Assembly (NCBI GenBank): GCA_964543375.1
Contig: CAZIYD010000001.1
Coordinates: 6,527-70,526 of the forward strand
Length of the DNA stretch: 64,000 bases
Source: an uncultured Muribaculaceae bacterium
Lineage (GTDB): Bacteria; Bacillota_I; Bacilli_A; RF39; UBA660
Direction: 5' to 3'
In this document: in pieces, positions 27,317-37,200 of the stretch
How the letters are laid out: each line of letters begins with the position of its first letter
How positions within the stretch are numbered: the stretch's first letter is position 1
The notes under the pieces: generated by a model
What the model was told of the DNA's origin: nothing
Databases searched by the model: none
The model's input: only the letters and a program-made list of their open reading frames with translations
Translations under genes and position numbers: made by a program

Positions 27317-27757
27317 CTATTTTGGTTGCGCTATCTCATCGTTAGATTTAAATGCATTCAAGCTTGAAAAGTCTATTATGTCAACTTCATCATCAAGTTT
27401 TTCTTTATTGAGTACTACATGTTCTCCAAAATCTAAGGTCTCTGCAGGCTTATTTTCTAATACGACTTCGAAGTTTTCTGTTGCTTGAATAGCCTGAGTT
27501 AAGTCTATAGGTTCTTTAACAACACCTTCTATTGGTTCTACTGTAATTGTGTTTGCGTTTGTCTCAATAGGAGCAACTACAAAATTATCATAATTATTAT
27601 TCGTTATTTCTTCTGATTCTGTTTTTTTAGCATCTTCTTTTTTTGTTTTGTTTTTTCCATTTTTTGAAAGAAAACCAATTAAGACTACTATAAAGAAACC
27701 AGAAATTCCGGCTACATATAAATAATTATCTACTAAAAAATCTAAAATTTTTGTCAT
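27317..27757 (-). CDS. Membrane-anchored acidic hypothetical protein (146 aa)
   Basis: N-terminal transmembrane segment (YVAGISGFFIVVLIGFL), then an acidic Glu/Asp-rich region. Last gene of the T7SS-like gene block. Confidence 0.4.
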   Translation of the reverse strand: MTKILDFLVDNYLYVAGISGFFIVVLIGFLSKNGKNKTKKEDAKKTESEEITNNNYDNFVVAPIETNANTITVEPIEGVVKEPIDLTQAIQATENFEVVLENKPAETLDFGEHVVLNKEKLDDEVDIIDFSSLNAFKSNDEIAQPK

Positions 27758-27792
27758 ATCACACTTCCCAACATTATATTAATATTTTTAAA

Positions 27793-29214
27793 CTACTGTT
27801 TTGGATCTAATTCCACTCTGTATGTTCCTGATTCTCCTTCTGGTAAGTAAAGATTGTATACTTCATATCCGTTAGGACCATTAAAACTCGATAATGTATA
27901 TCCCATTAAGTTACCGTCGCTACTCTTTATTTCTGTTAAATTTGTTCCAACTACAGGAAATGCACCCGGGGTTTCTTTTGCGTGTATTGCTTGTGCAAAC
28001 AGAGAATATGCAACGGTTTCTCTAGACTCTTTAGAAGGTTCAGTAAAGACCTCCGATCCTTCAAATATACCAACTTGTTGCGGATTCAAAGCATAAGGAT
28101 TCAAAAGGTTGTTATTAATACTTAAATCCAGCCCATCTATTTCTGAATTTATTTTTTCTATTGTTGCTATTGTTTCAGCATCATATTTTGCGCCTATTGT
28201 TTCTGCTGTATTTTCATAATCAATATAAGATTGTGTTTGTTTAGCAATTTCATCCAAATCTGTAGTTGATCTAGTTCCGGGTTGAACAGTAGGTGGTTTT
28301 TTTGCATTAAGTTCTTGCAATTTTCTATATGCAATTAACCTTAGTTCGCCATCCATATTATTGGAATCGTTATTATTACCATTATGATTAGAGCCTTTGT
28401 ATATATCATAAAGTTTTTGATATTGGTCTACTTGCTCTAAGTTTGAGGCTTGCATTTGATAAAGACCACCTTCTTTAGTAAGCGCTATTTGTGCCAGGTT
28501 TTTTGCAAGGTCGCTATCTGAGTTTTCTATTATTGACTTTGATATTTCAATGCTTGATTCAGTGTGTTGATTACTCATTTCAAGAATTGTTAATTTATTA
28601 CTTATAGGTTTTTCTAAATTGTTGCTCCAATAAGAATTGTAGGCGTTTACATCTTTTAAAGCTAAAATTTCTTCTGCTTTAATATGTGCATTTTCATTAT
28701 TAGAAGAAGTTGAAATTGTGTCAGGTGAGGTTTCTCCAGAAGTAGTTGCCGTAGAACCAAAATTAATAGATTTTATAAAACTAATTAGTACTTCTATTTC
28801 TGAAACCAAATTATTTAATTCTGTTTTATATTGCTCGTTCTTATTATATTCTCTTACTTTATTATTATATTCAACTTTTTGTTCTTCTGTTGCGTTCTTT
28901 TGAAGCACCGGGCGAGATAAATTTCTTATATTTGAATAGACTTTATTATATGATTCTATCTTGGTCTTTAGTTCTTTCGACTTTGATACAATATTATTTA
29001 AATTAGTTTGTTCTGAAGTTATTATTGAAATTTTAATTTTTAAATCATTGATTTTTGAATCAACCGCCTCTTTTACAGAACTATCCCAATTTGCACTAAC
29101 ATCCAAATTTTGCAAATTTACACTTGATAAATTTGCAGCAAGTGTTGTAAGTAGTGTTAAATCCGATGCAATTATCGCTTCTAAATATTTATCATATATT
29201 ATCTTTTTATCCAT
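27793..29214 (-). CDS. T7SS-associated polymorphic protein, family 1 paralog B (473 aa)
   Basis: N-terminal ~170 aa homologous to 11378..12883 (NWDSSVKE, IITSEQTNLNN). Divergent C-terminus. Confidence 0.55.
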   Translation of the reverse strand: MDKKIIYDKYLEAIIASDLTLLTTLAANLSSVNLQNLDVSANWDSSVKEAVDSKINDLKIKISIITSEQTNLNNIVSKSKELKTKIESYNKVYSNIRNLSRPVLQKNATEEQKVEYNNKVREYNKNEQYKTELNNLVSEIEVLISFIKSINFGSTATTSGETSPDTISTSSNNENAHIKAEEILALKDVNAYNSYWSNNLEKPISNKLTILEMSNQHTESSIEISKSIIENSDSDLAKNLAQIALTKEGGLYQMQASNLEQVDQYQKLYDIYKGSNHNGNNNDSNNMDGELRLIAYRKLQELNAKKPPTVQPGTRSTTDLDEIAKQTQSYIDYENTAETIGAKYDAETIATIEKINSEIDGLDLSINNNLLNPYALNPQQVGIFEGSEVFTEPSKESRETVAYSLFAQAIHAKETPGAFPVVGTNLTEIKSSDGNLMGYTLSSFNGPNGYEVYNLYLPEGESGTYRVELDPKQ

Positions 29215-29222
29215 GATTACTC

Positions 29223-29531
29223 CTAAAAATCTATACTTCTTATAATTGTTTCTCCGCTGTCTTCGTTATTTTTATATATTTGCATTGAGGTTTCAATAAG
29301 CTCTGATAAGGTCAAAAGTTCTATCGCTCCGTTTTCAAGATCTTTCGCAAGATTAAATGATGAATCTTTATATAAATCATAAGAATTACTTATAGAATCC
29401 TTCCAGTCTTCACCAAGACCGGTAACTAAACTTTCCAAATTCCCCTTTTTCTCCTTAATCTTTGTAATATTTTCATTTATCACTTTTAATGCGTTTTCAA
29501 TCTCAACAAAGTTAACTATAACTGGTTTCAT
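29223..29531 (-). CDS. Small alpha-helical protein (102 aa); candidate WXG100-like/Lap-like partner of the upstream large protein
   Basis: ..LVTGLGEDWKDSISNSYDL.. hairpin-like W motif. ATGA overlap with the 1231-aa gene stop. Confidence 0.35.
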   Translation of the reverse strand: MKPVIVNFVEIENALKVINENITKIKEKKGNLESLVTGLGEDWKDSISNSYDLYKDSSFNLAKDLENGAIELLTLSELIETSMQIYKNNEDSGETIIRSIDF

Positions 29532-32500
29532 TACAACACCTCTTCTTTATTTGATAAATATAAAGTAATTAGCAACATTATTAATATTTTTAATAATAGC
29601 ATCCATGTGTTTTTCAAGTTATTGCTTTCATTTAAATAATCTTCCATAGATTTTTGTACTGGGCGTTTTAAATGAGAGTCAATATACTCAAAAATTTCTT
29701 TTAAATTTGTATTTTGTTTTATCAAATTTAACTCTTTTATAATTTTTGAATATGATTCATCTTCTAAGTTAATTAGAACTTCCAATGTATAAAGAATGTT
29801 TTTCTCTTTTATTATACTTTCGACAATAAAATTAGTTCCTTTTAAAGAAAGTAACTCTTCTATATTTAAATTATTTTTGCTTGCAAGTTCGGTTAATTTG
29901 CTATTTATTTCAAAAGATATAGAAGACTGACTTAAAAGATTGTTATAAAGCAATGATACGAGATTTGAATTTTCAAAGTTAATAGTTATAAAGTTTGAAA
30001 ATTCTTTACTATCTAAATAATCATCTGTAGATAAGTTTGTATCTCTTCCCAATATTGAAATATATTTTATGATTTTGCTTTTTAATTCTGGAATGAAGTT
30101 TTGAGAAAATCTCGATCTAATTTCGGCAATTATGTTTTGATTATTGTTTTGTAAATTAATAGAAGAAATATTATTTTGTGAGTTTTGTTTTGTTACTTTC
30201 TCATCTTCTCCTTCGCCTTTAAAATTTAAATAGATTATGTTTCCTATTAAACTATCTAAAAGTTTTCTTAATGTTTTTATACTGTTAATGTCTAATAACG
30301 AATTTAAACCCATTTTCATTTTATCTGCAGATGATGATAAATAATCTTTTAATAGATTAATTGTTATCTTATCAATTCCAAAAACACTTGGATCTTCAGT
30401 AAATAACAATTTATTTATCTCATCATTTAAAGAATCATCATCTTTTTTACTTAAAGCATATATTTTTATTACAGATGTTTTTAAATTGGTTAATGACTCT
30501 TTTATTAAATTTGTATAACTCGGAGTGGTAAGCAGTGCATCTATTGTTGTGTTTTCTGATTTTGCTAAATATGTTAGATGTTTGAATAAGAACAACAAAA
30601 ATTTATTATTTTCTTCTTTGTTTAATTTATATAAATATTGTTGTAATTTAGAAGAATCAAAATTGAGTAATAATATTAAAAGAATTACTATATTAGGGAC
30701 TTTCTCTACCAAAACATCTAAAACATCTTCTCTACTACCATTAAACAAGTCTTCTTTGTTTATATTATATCTTTTAAGAATTTTGTCAATTGCCTTATAT
30801 ATTTGATCTTCTGTTGAATTAAATAAAAGTTCTAAATACCCAGAAGTCTCAATAATCATATTGTTGTTCAAGTTTTCATTACCATAATTTGATTTATCAT
30901 CATTCAACATTTCTATTAAATTTGCAAATCCCAAAGAATAGCTGTTATTTCCATCTCCAAAATTAATAATTGAAAATATTTTCAATTTACTTTCATTATT
31001 AGAATTTGCCTCTAAATAAGAACTTAAGTTTAGTTTTTCGTTTTTTGAATTTGTCTCTAAATAAGACTTTAGTAGATTTAAATATTCTTCTGGAATTATT
31101 ATGGTTTTATTCAAAATGTTGTTTATAAAGGTAACAAAACCACCACTATATTTTATGTCCTCTTCAAATTTTTGATAAGACCTTGATAAATCAATCATTG
31201 AACTTTTTACCCATACAACATAATTTGTATTTGCTAAAAGATTTTCTATCTCTAGATTTTGTTTTTTACCAGTTTCTACTAAGGAATTAAATATTACCTT
31301 TAAAACCATAGAGTTTTTGCTCCATATGTGCTCATATTTTAAACTATAAATTTCATATAAATAAGATTGTAATACCTCATCCTTAATTGTTGAAAAAATA
31401 TTTAATACTAGTTGTAAGCTGTCTAATTTACTTAAATACATAGTAAGAACTTCGAAATTAGCACCACTTAATAAATCTTCTTCTGTTAAACTGTTTGATA
31501 TTGCAAAGTTAGAAAAATCTTCATTTACTATTATTTTAGTTATTTTAGGTTCAGTATCATAATATATTTCTTCTCTATCATTTTCTTTTTCTTTTTTGTT
31601 TTTTAAAGCACTATATAGAGGAACAATTCCAATACCTGCGATTGGCAATAAAGCAAGCCAACCTAAAGAATTATTGTTTTTTACAGTTTCCTTTATTTGT
31701 GGAGCATACTTACTATCTTGTAGTATCTCTTTTACTGTATCATCTACTATTATTGGTTTTTCTTCCACATTGTTGTCTTCTAAGTTTTCTTCTGTGGGGA
31801 TTTCTATTTCTTCTACTATTGGTTTTTCTAAAGGTTTTATTTCGTTCTTAGAATTATCAAATAAAGATGGTGTTCTTATTATCTCTTTATTTATTACAAT
31901 TGTTTTTATTATTTCTTTTATAACTGGTTTTTCAATTATTGTCGGATGTTTATTTTCTACGATTTCCTCTATATAGTCTTGAAGAGCTTCATCGTCCATG
32001 TTTTTTACTATTTCTACAACTTTACTGTCTTCTGTATTCTCTATTATATCAGTTAAAGTATCGTTTTCTTTTCCGGACAAAATATCTTCTACTGTAGTTC
32101 CTTTATCATCTAGTATTGGTTGGACCTCTTTTATTATTTCTGCAAAGGGAATATCTGTATCCTCCCCGTATAAAATTTTATTTACAAAACTCTCTAAAGC
32201 CTTTTTTGACAATTCTGCATATTTTTCATCAGTTAACATTTCTTTTAAACTTAAATTGTTTTCTTGAGAAACAACCTTTAAATAGTCTGATAACATTTCT
32301 TTAGTAACTGGATCTATATCTTTTTGTGGTTTATTTGTTCCATAAATAATGTTGTTTAGTTCAGTTTGAATATCTTTATCGTTTGTTAATGATAAATCAT
32401 TTAATATAATTAAAGAATCTTTATGTTTTATTAGAGAATCTTTTATTTCAATCGCATAGTTAGTGTCTGTTAAAAGCGCACTAAACGGTATTCCCTTGCT

Positions 32501-33226
32501 ACTGGCTAAATATTTCAAAAACAACTCAGCGTTAGGATATAGTGGCGGCTTTGCGACATAACTAGATAACTCTCTTAAATAACCTTGAAGCACGATTGCT
32601 TCCATTTGAGTAATCGTTGAAATAAGAACACTTAAATTTGGAGATTGGGCAATAATATCTGTCATTGTAGGATTAAATTTACCAGATAATAGATCTGGTA
32701 AAGTAATACCAAATTTACTTAATATGTTTTGTAAAACAACATTTAATTCCGGCAAAGTCGTATATATTGGTAATTTTCCATATCCAGATTCTAAAATTAT
32801 GTATGCCGGAATTCTAATTTGCGTTATTGTTGCTCCTCCAGTTTCACCATTTACAGAAACATTTCCTGAATTGGTAATAATTATGTTTTCTGGGGTATAA
32901 CTTGTTTTCTCTGGGTTTTTATCAAGTTGTACAGTTTCTTCGCTTGCATCTTGAATTCTAACATAACCTTCTATATCTGATAAATTAGTATGGTACTTCA
33001 TTATTCCGTCGGATAAATTATTCATAAAAGTTTTTATTTTTTCAAAATAATTAGAATAATCAGAAAAATAATTAGGAACCAGACCACTATTTATCAAACT
33101 TGAAAATGAAGAGGTCAAATTTCCATTATTATTTAAATCAGAATTAAAACTTTCAGCCTTAGTTTTTAGTCCTCCTGCATAACTTTCCACACTAGCAAAA
33201 TCAACTGTTATTTTATCTTTAGCCAT
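29531..33226 (-). CDS. Large (1231 aa) protein with an LXG-like N-terminal domain, a central transmembrane segment and a C-terminal transmembrane anchor; candidate T7SS substrate or structural protein
   Basis: N-terminal MAKDKITVDFASVESYAGGLKTKAESF...SSFSSLINSG... resembles LXG-domain N-termini. Transmembrane segments at ~aa 523-545 (LGWLALLPIAGIGIVPLYSAL) and aa ~1205-1225. Confidence 0.45.
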   Translation of the reverse strand: MAKDKITVDFASVESYAGGLKTKAESFNSDLNNNGNLTSSFSSLINSGLVPNYFSDYSNYFEKIKTFMNNLSDGIMKYHTNLSDIEGYVRIQDASEETVQLDKNPEKTSYTPENIIITNSGNVSVNGETGGATITQIRIPAYIILESGYGKLPIYTTLPELNVVLQNILSKFGITLPDLLSGKFNPTMTDIIAQSPNLSVLISTITQMEAIVLQGYLRELSSYVAKPPLYPNAELFLKYLASSKGIPFSALLTDTNYAIEIKDSLIKHKDSLIILNDLSLTNDKDIQTELNNIIYGTNKPQKDIDPVTKEMLSDYLKVVSQENNLSLKEMLTDEKYAELSKKALESFVNKILYGEDTDIPFAEIIKEVQPILDDKGTTVEDILSGKENDTLTDIIENTEDSKVVEIVKNMDDEALQDYIEEIVENKHPTIIEKPVIKEIIKTIVINKEIIRTPSLFDNSKNEIKPLEKPIVEEIEIPTEENLEDNNVEEKPIIVDDTVKEILQDSKYAPQIKETVKNNNSLGWLALLPIAGIGIVPLYSALKNKKEKENDREEIYYDTEPKITKIIVNEDFSNFAISNSLTEEDLLSGANFEVLTMYLSKLDSLQLVLNIFSTIKDEVLQSYLYEIYSLKYEHIWSKNSMVLKVIFNSLVETGKKQNLEIENLLANTNYVVWVKSSMIDLSRSYQKFEEDIKYSGGFVTFINNILNKTIIIPEEYLNLLKSYLETNSKNEKLNLSSYLEANSNNESKLKIFSIINFGDGNNSYSLGFANLIEMLNDDKSNYGNENLNNNMIIETSGYLELLFNSTEDQIYKAIDKILKRYNINKEDLFNGSREDVLDVLVEKVPNIVILLILLLNFDSSKLQQYLYKLNKEENNKFLLFLFKHLTYLAKSENTTIDALLTTPSYTNLIKESLTNLKTSVIKIYALSKKDDDSLNDEINKLLFTEDPSVFGIDKITINLLKDYLSSSADKMKMGLNSLLDINSIKTLRKLLDSLIGNIIYLNFKGEGEDEKVTKQNSQNNISSINLQNNNQNIIAEIRSRFSQNFIPELKSKIIKYISILGRDTNLSTDDYLDSKEFSNFITINFENSNLVSLLYNNLLSQSSISFEINSKLTELASKNNLNIEELLSLKGTNFIVESIIKEKNILYTLEVLINLEDESYSKIIKELNLIKQNTNLKEIFEYIDSHLKRPVQKSMEDYLNESNNLKNTWMLLLKILIMLLITLYLSNKEEVL

Positions 33227-33249
33227 TATATCACCCTTTCATAAAAACC

Positions 33250-33303
33250 ATTTCTAATTAAACAATGTTTTGTTTAATTAGAAATAGTCTCTATATAGAG
33301 ACT
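33250..33303 (-). terminator. Strong hairpin/attenuator between the esx-like genes and the downstream large gene
   Basis: Perfect 16-bp inverted repeat atttctaattaaacaa-tgtt-ttgtttaattagaaat, then the palindrome agtctctatatagagact, then a minus-strand U-run. Confidence 0.5.
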
Positions 33304-33307
33304 TATT

Positions 33308-33625
33308 TTAACTAATTCCTGTATCTGCTTTGAAGTATGCTTCTGCAACGCTATCTATATAATTTTTGTATGAATCTATAGCAGCAATTACCTTTGTTTT
33401 GCTTTCTTGCATAACCTCTGTACTTTTTTGTCTTATATTGTTAGCACTAGTACTAACAACACCTGTTGTTTGTTCTATATTTGAACTCATTCTTTCCATA
33501 GCTGTTTTTAACTCTGATTGTAATGAGTCAACTTTAGAAACTGACTGTTTTATTAACTCTGGATTAACTTCAATTTTTAAAGAAGCACCTCCACCATCAG
33601 ACATTGCAGTTGGTCTATTATCCAT
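33308..33625 (-). CDS. WXG100-like small helical protein (105 aa), no canonical WxG
   Basis: Size, helical low-complexity composition and position next to the esxA-like gene and essC. Confidence 0.4.
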   Translation of the reverse strand: MDNRPTAMSDGGGASLKIEVNPELIKQSVSKVDSLQSELKTAMERMSSNIEQTTGVVSTSANNIRQKSTEVMQESKTKVIAAIDSYKNYIDSVAEAYFKADTGIS

Positions 33626-33644
33626 TATAAAATCTCCTTTCTAA

Positions 33645-33935
33645 TTAATATGGAACATTTCTTGCATTTGTAGAACTTGCTTGCATTATGTTTTGTGATG
33701 CAGTTGCAAAAGCATTTTTTGTTTCAACTTTAATTTCTTCTGTTTTTGCAAGCATTTCTGAAGCTTTAGCTTTTAATGACTCTGATAAGCCTTTTGCTTC
33801 TGGTGCATTCAACCCGTTTTGAATCATGTTATTCGTTTCTGTTTCAATTTCAGAAACAATACGCGCTATGTTTTTTTGATCGTTTTCTATTTGAGTCATT
33901 TCACTATCAAATTTTGCTGTGTCTAAACTTAACAT
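33645..33935 (-). CDS. EsxA/WXG100-like small secreted helical protein (96 aa), WxG not conserved
   Basis: ~100 aa helix-turn-helix-like composition immediately downstream of esaB. RBS AGGAG. Confidence 0.45.
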   Translation of the reverse strand: MLSLDTAKFDSEMTQIENDQKNIARIVSEIETETNNMIQNGLNAPEAKGLSESLKAKASEMLAKTEEIKVETKNAFATASQNIMQASSTNARNVPY

Positions 33936-33953
33936 ATATGTTTCACCTCCTTA

Positions 33954-34202
33954 CTATATTAAAATTATCTCAGAACCATTTCTAATGTTTGATTCTTTTA
34001 ACGTGATGTTTAAATCATACATGTTGCCCGTTTCTCTATCATATAGGAGAGAGTCTTTTATGGGAAACGAACCATCAGATAGTTCATTTATTGATTTGGT
34101 TAATAACTTTGAAATTACACCTATTTTTTTACTTATTGGTAGAAACATTTCATATCTCTCGCCAATCTGTGGCACGAATAATATTATATAAACTTTGTTC
34201 AT
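33954..34202 (-). CDS. esaB: EsaB/YukD-like ubiquitin-fold T7SS protein
   Basis: 82 aa with the beta-grasp pattern (YIILFVP.IGERYEMFLP...SGSFPIKDSLLYD...). 4-nt overlap with essC. Confidence 0.6.
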   Translation of the reverse strand: MNKVYIILFVPQIGERYEMFLPISKKIGVISKLLTKSINELSDGSFPIKDSLLYDRETGNMYDLNITLKESNIRNGSEIILI

Positions 34203-37200
34203 AATATTTCTACCTCACTATCGTCATCATCTATTAGTTTTACAAGAGTTGGAATGCCTCTTTTGACATTGTATCCAAAACCACTTCCAATATCTTGGTA
34301 TAACTCTTTTCCGACTTTGACTAATTTTAAAGTAAATTGATCTGCAATTCCATTACCCAACCAAATTCCTTGGTTAGCATTAACTATACTCCTATACCAA
34401 TTATCGTATTCTAATTTTTTGAATTTGTCAACGTTATCTACAAAAATATACATTTGTTTTTGCATCTCTTGTGACTTTTCAAAAAATTTGTCTAACTCTT
34501 TTTGATTATCATCAGATAATCTATTTTTAAATTTTTCTATCCCTATTATTATTATAAGTTTGTTTTTATAATCTTTAAGTGCATTTTTACTATAGTTGCT
34601 TGATAAATAGGTCTCATATTGTTCGTTTACATCTTTACTTATATCCATAAAGAATTGATTAGAGTCAGCATTATAATACTTTATTTCAGATTTTTCATTT
34701 ATTTCAACGATGTCTTCGTTGTCTAATATAATCAGATCAGCATCTTTATTCTTTTTAAGTGCATATATTAAAGTATTTATAAAATTATGTGATGCTGAGA
34801 AATCTTGAGAAACTATCAATGTAGTTAGATTCTGTTTGAAATTATATGTTGAAATATCCAAACTTTCTTTTTCCACTCCTATTGGAACAGAGTTTAAATC
34901 CTCTAAATTGCTTCCAACCAAATTTAAAGTTACCCTTTCTGGTAAGATCATAACTTTTTTAGCAGAAATTTTATATTTTTCTTTTAACTCTCTGCTTATT
35001 TGTAATATGTGTTTGTTTATATCTTCTTCATCTATTATATATGAGGTTTGAAATTCATGTAATCCATTGACTTCTACTAAACCTCTTCCATATACTTTGG
35101 ATGGCAATTTGTCTTTTACCCTATCAAATATATTTGAATAATCATTATCATCGTTAAGTTGTAAAGAAACTTTTTGTCTAAAGTTTTTAGCAAGTTTATA
35201 TCTTATTGAGTTGGCAGTATTAACACTAAATATAAAAACAATACCATATTTTAATCCCTCTCTTGTAAGCTGTAATATTTCTTCTTCAAAGTTGGGATAT
35301 GTTTCTTGAAATACCTCAAAGTTGTTTATAATAACAATAATTGTAGGTATTATTTTACCACTATTTTTTATATAATATTGATAATCGCCATAGTAGTCAA
35401 CAAATAATCTTTTTCTATTATTTATTTCCTTTCTAATCATCTTAAATATATTATTAACTTTTTCTGTATCTTCTGCAAAAAGTATATCTCCAACTTGGGG
35501 GGCTTCAGAAAAAACTCTAAGAGATTCTGTACCAAAATCTAATATATATATATTAACTTCATCTACAGAGTGATTTGTAATTGTAGAGTATATTAAACTG
35601 TTTAATAACAACTCTTTCCCACTATCTGCAGAACCATATATTATGGCATTTCCCTCGTTAGATAAAGGGAGTGTCAACAATCCTTGTGCTTGATTAAATG
35701 GGTCATCATATTCTCCAATTATAGGATTAATTACACCATGCTCTGCTTTATAATTATATTTTTTCACAAGTTTATCTATAAAGATTTTATCCGCAATTCT
35801 ATCTAACCAAAGTTGTCTAACATTTATGCTTTCTTTTTTAGCTAAAGCAGATAAATATTTTACTATAGAAGATATTTGTTCACCTTCAGATAAAGTTTGA
35901 TTATTTCTTGGTTCTTCCACTTCTTTAATTATGGTTCCTGTATTATTTATAAAATCTATTGATGTATCCACTTCTTTTTTTATTTTATCCGATGGTATAT
36001 ATGCTGCCCCAGTCCAAGCTGATTGACCCAAAGAAAAATATTCATTATATCCAACTTGAAGATAATACCTTCCAACATGCTTTAAACTCGCAGCTTCTGG
36101 AGACTTTATTACATCCATACTATCTGATTTTTCTTGTACTTTTAAACATATTTCAAATCTACTATTACTCCAGATTTGATCGTTTACTATACCAGATGGT
36201 TTTTGAGTGGAAAGTATTAAGTGCACTCCCAAACTACGTCCAATACGTGCAGTACTTATAAGTTGATCCATAAATTCAGATTGTTGGGTTTTTAACTCTG
36301 CAAATTCATCAGATATAATAAGTAAATGAGGCATAGGTTCCTTTACTAATCCCTCATGATAAAGTTTTTGATATTTATATATATCAATTGTACTTTCATT
36401 TAACTCTTCTCTAACATCATTAAACATCCTTTGTCTTCTTTTTAATTCACTTTGTATAGATAATAAAGATCTATTCATTTCAACTGTATCTAAGTTTGTT
36501 ATTGAACCCGCCAGATGAGGTAGTTTTATACCAAGTTCGTTATTTTGTAGTGCTCCAACTAAAAAACCACCTTTATAGTCTATTAAGACAAACGAAACAT
36601 CATCCGGATGATAATTAACCGCTAGAGATAATATATATGAAAGTATTAATTCACTTTTTCCAGAACCTGTCATACCTGCTATTAAACCGTGAGGTCCGTG
36701 CGCTTTTTCGTGAATATCTAATACAGATATCATTCCATGACTATCTATTCCTATTGGTGTCTGAAGAGAAACTATTGAATCATTGGTCTTCCACCTATAT
36801 AAAGCATTTAGTTGTTCAACTTTTCCAACAGAAAACATTTCTAAAAAAGTATACGTTTTAGGTAAGGCATACATTTCTTTAGATAATTTTAATGGTGTAT
36901 TTGCAATAACTTTAAAACTTTGTTTCAAATTGTTTAAAGGTGCTTTATCTAAGAAGAATTCCTTTTGTTTTGTAGAAACAAGTTCACTTTCAAACACTCC
37001 ACCTTTATTACTATCTATACTTATAAATGTTGTTGTTTCGTTAGGTAAATTTGATAGCGTTTCATTAATTACTATTACACTGTAACCAATATTAATTTTT
37101 TGCTTTAATACCTTGGAGAAAAGTTGAATATTTTTTGATATCTTATAATTATTTGTAATTAAAACATAATATGGATAAAAAGATTTATAATCTTTATTCC

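Noticed and set aside
30525-32304. Several 60-130-aa plus-strand ORFs inside 29531..33226
   Set aside because: Shadow ORFs opposite a long AT-rich gene. No RBS or conservation signal.
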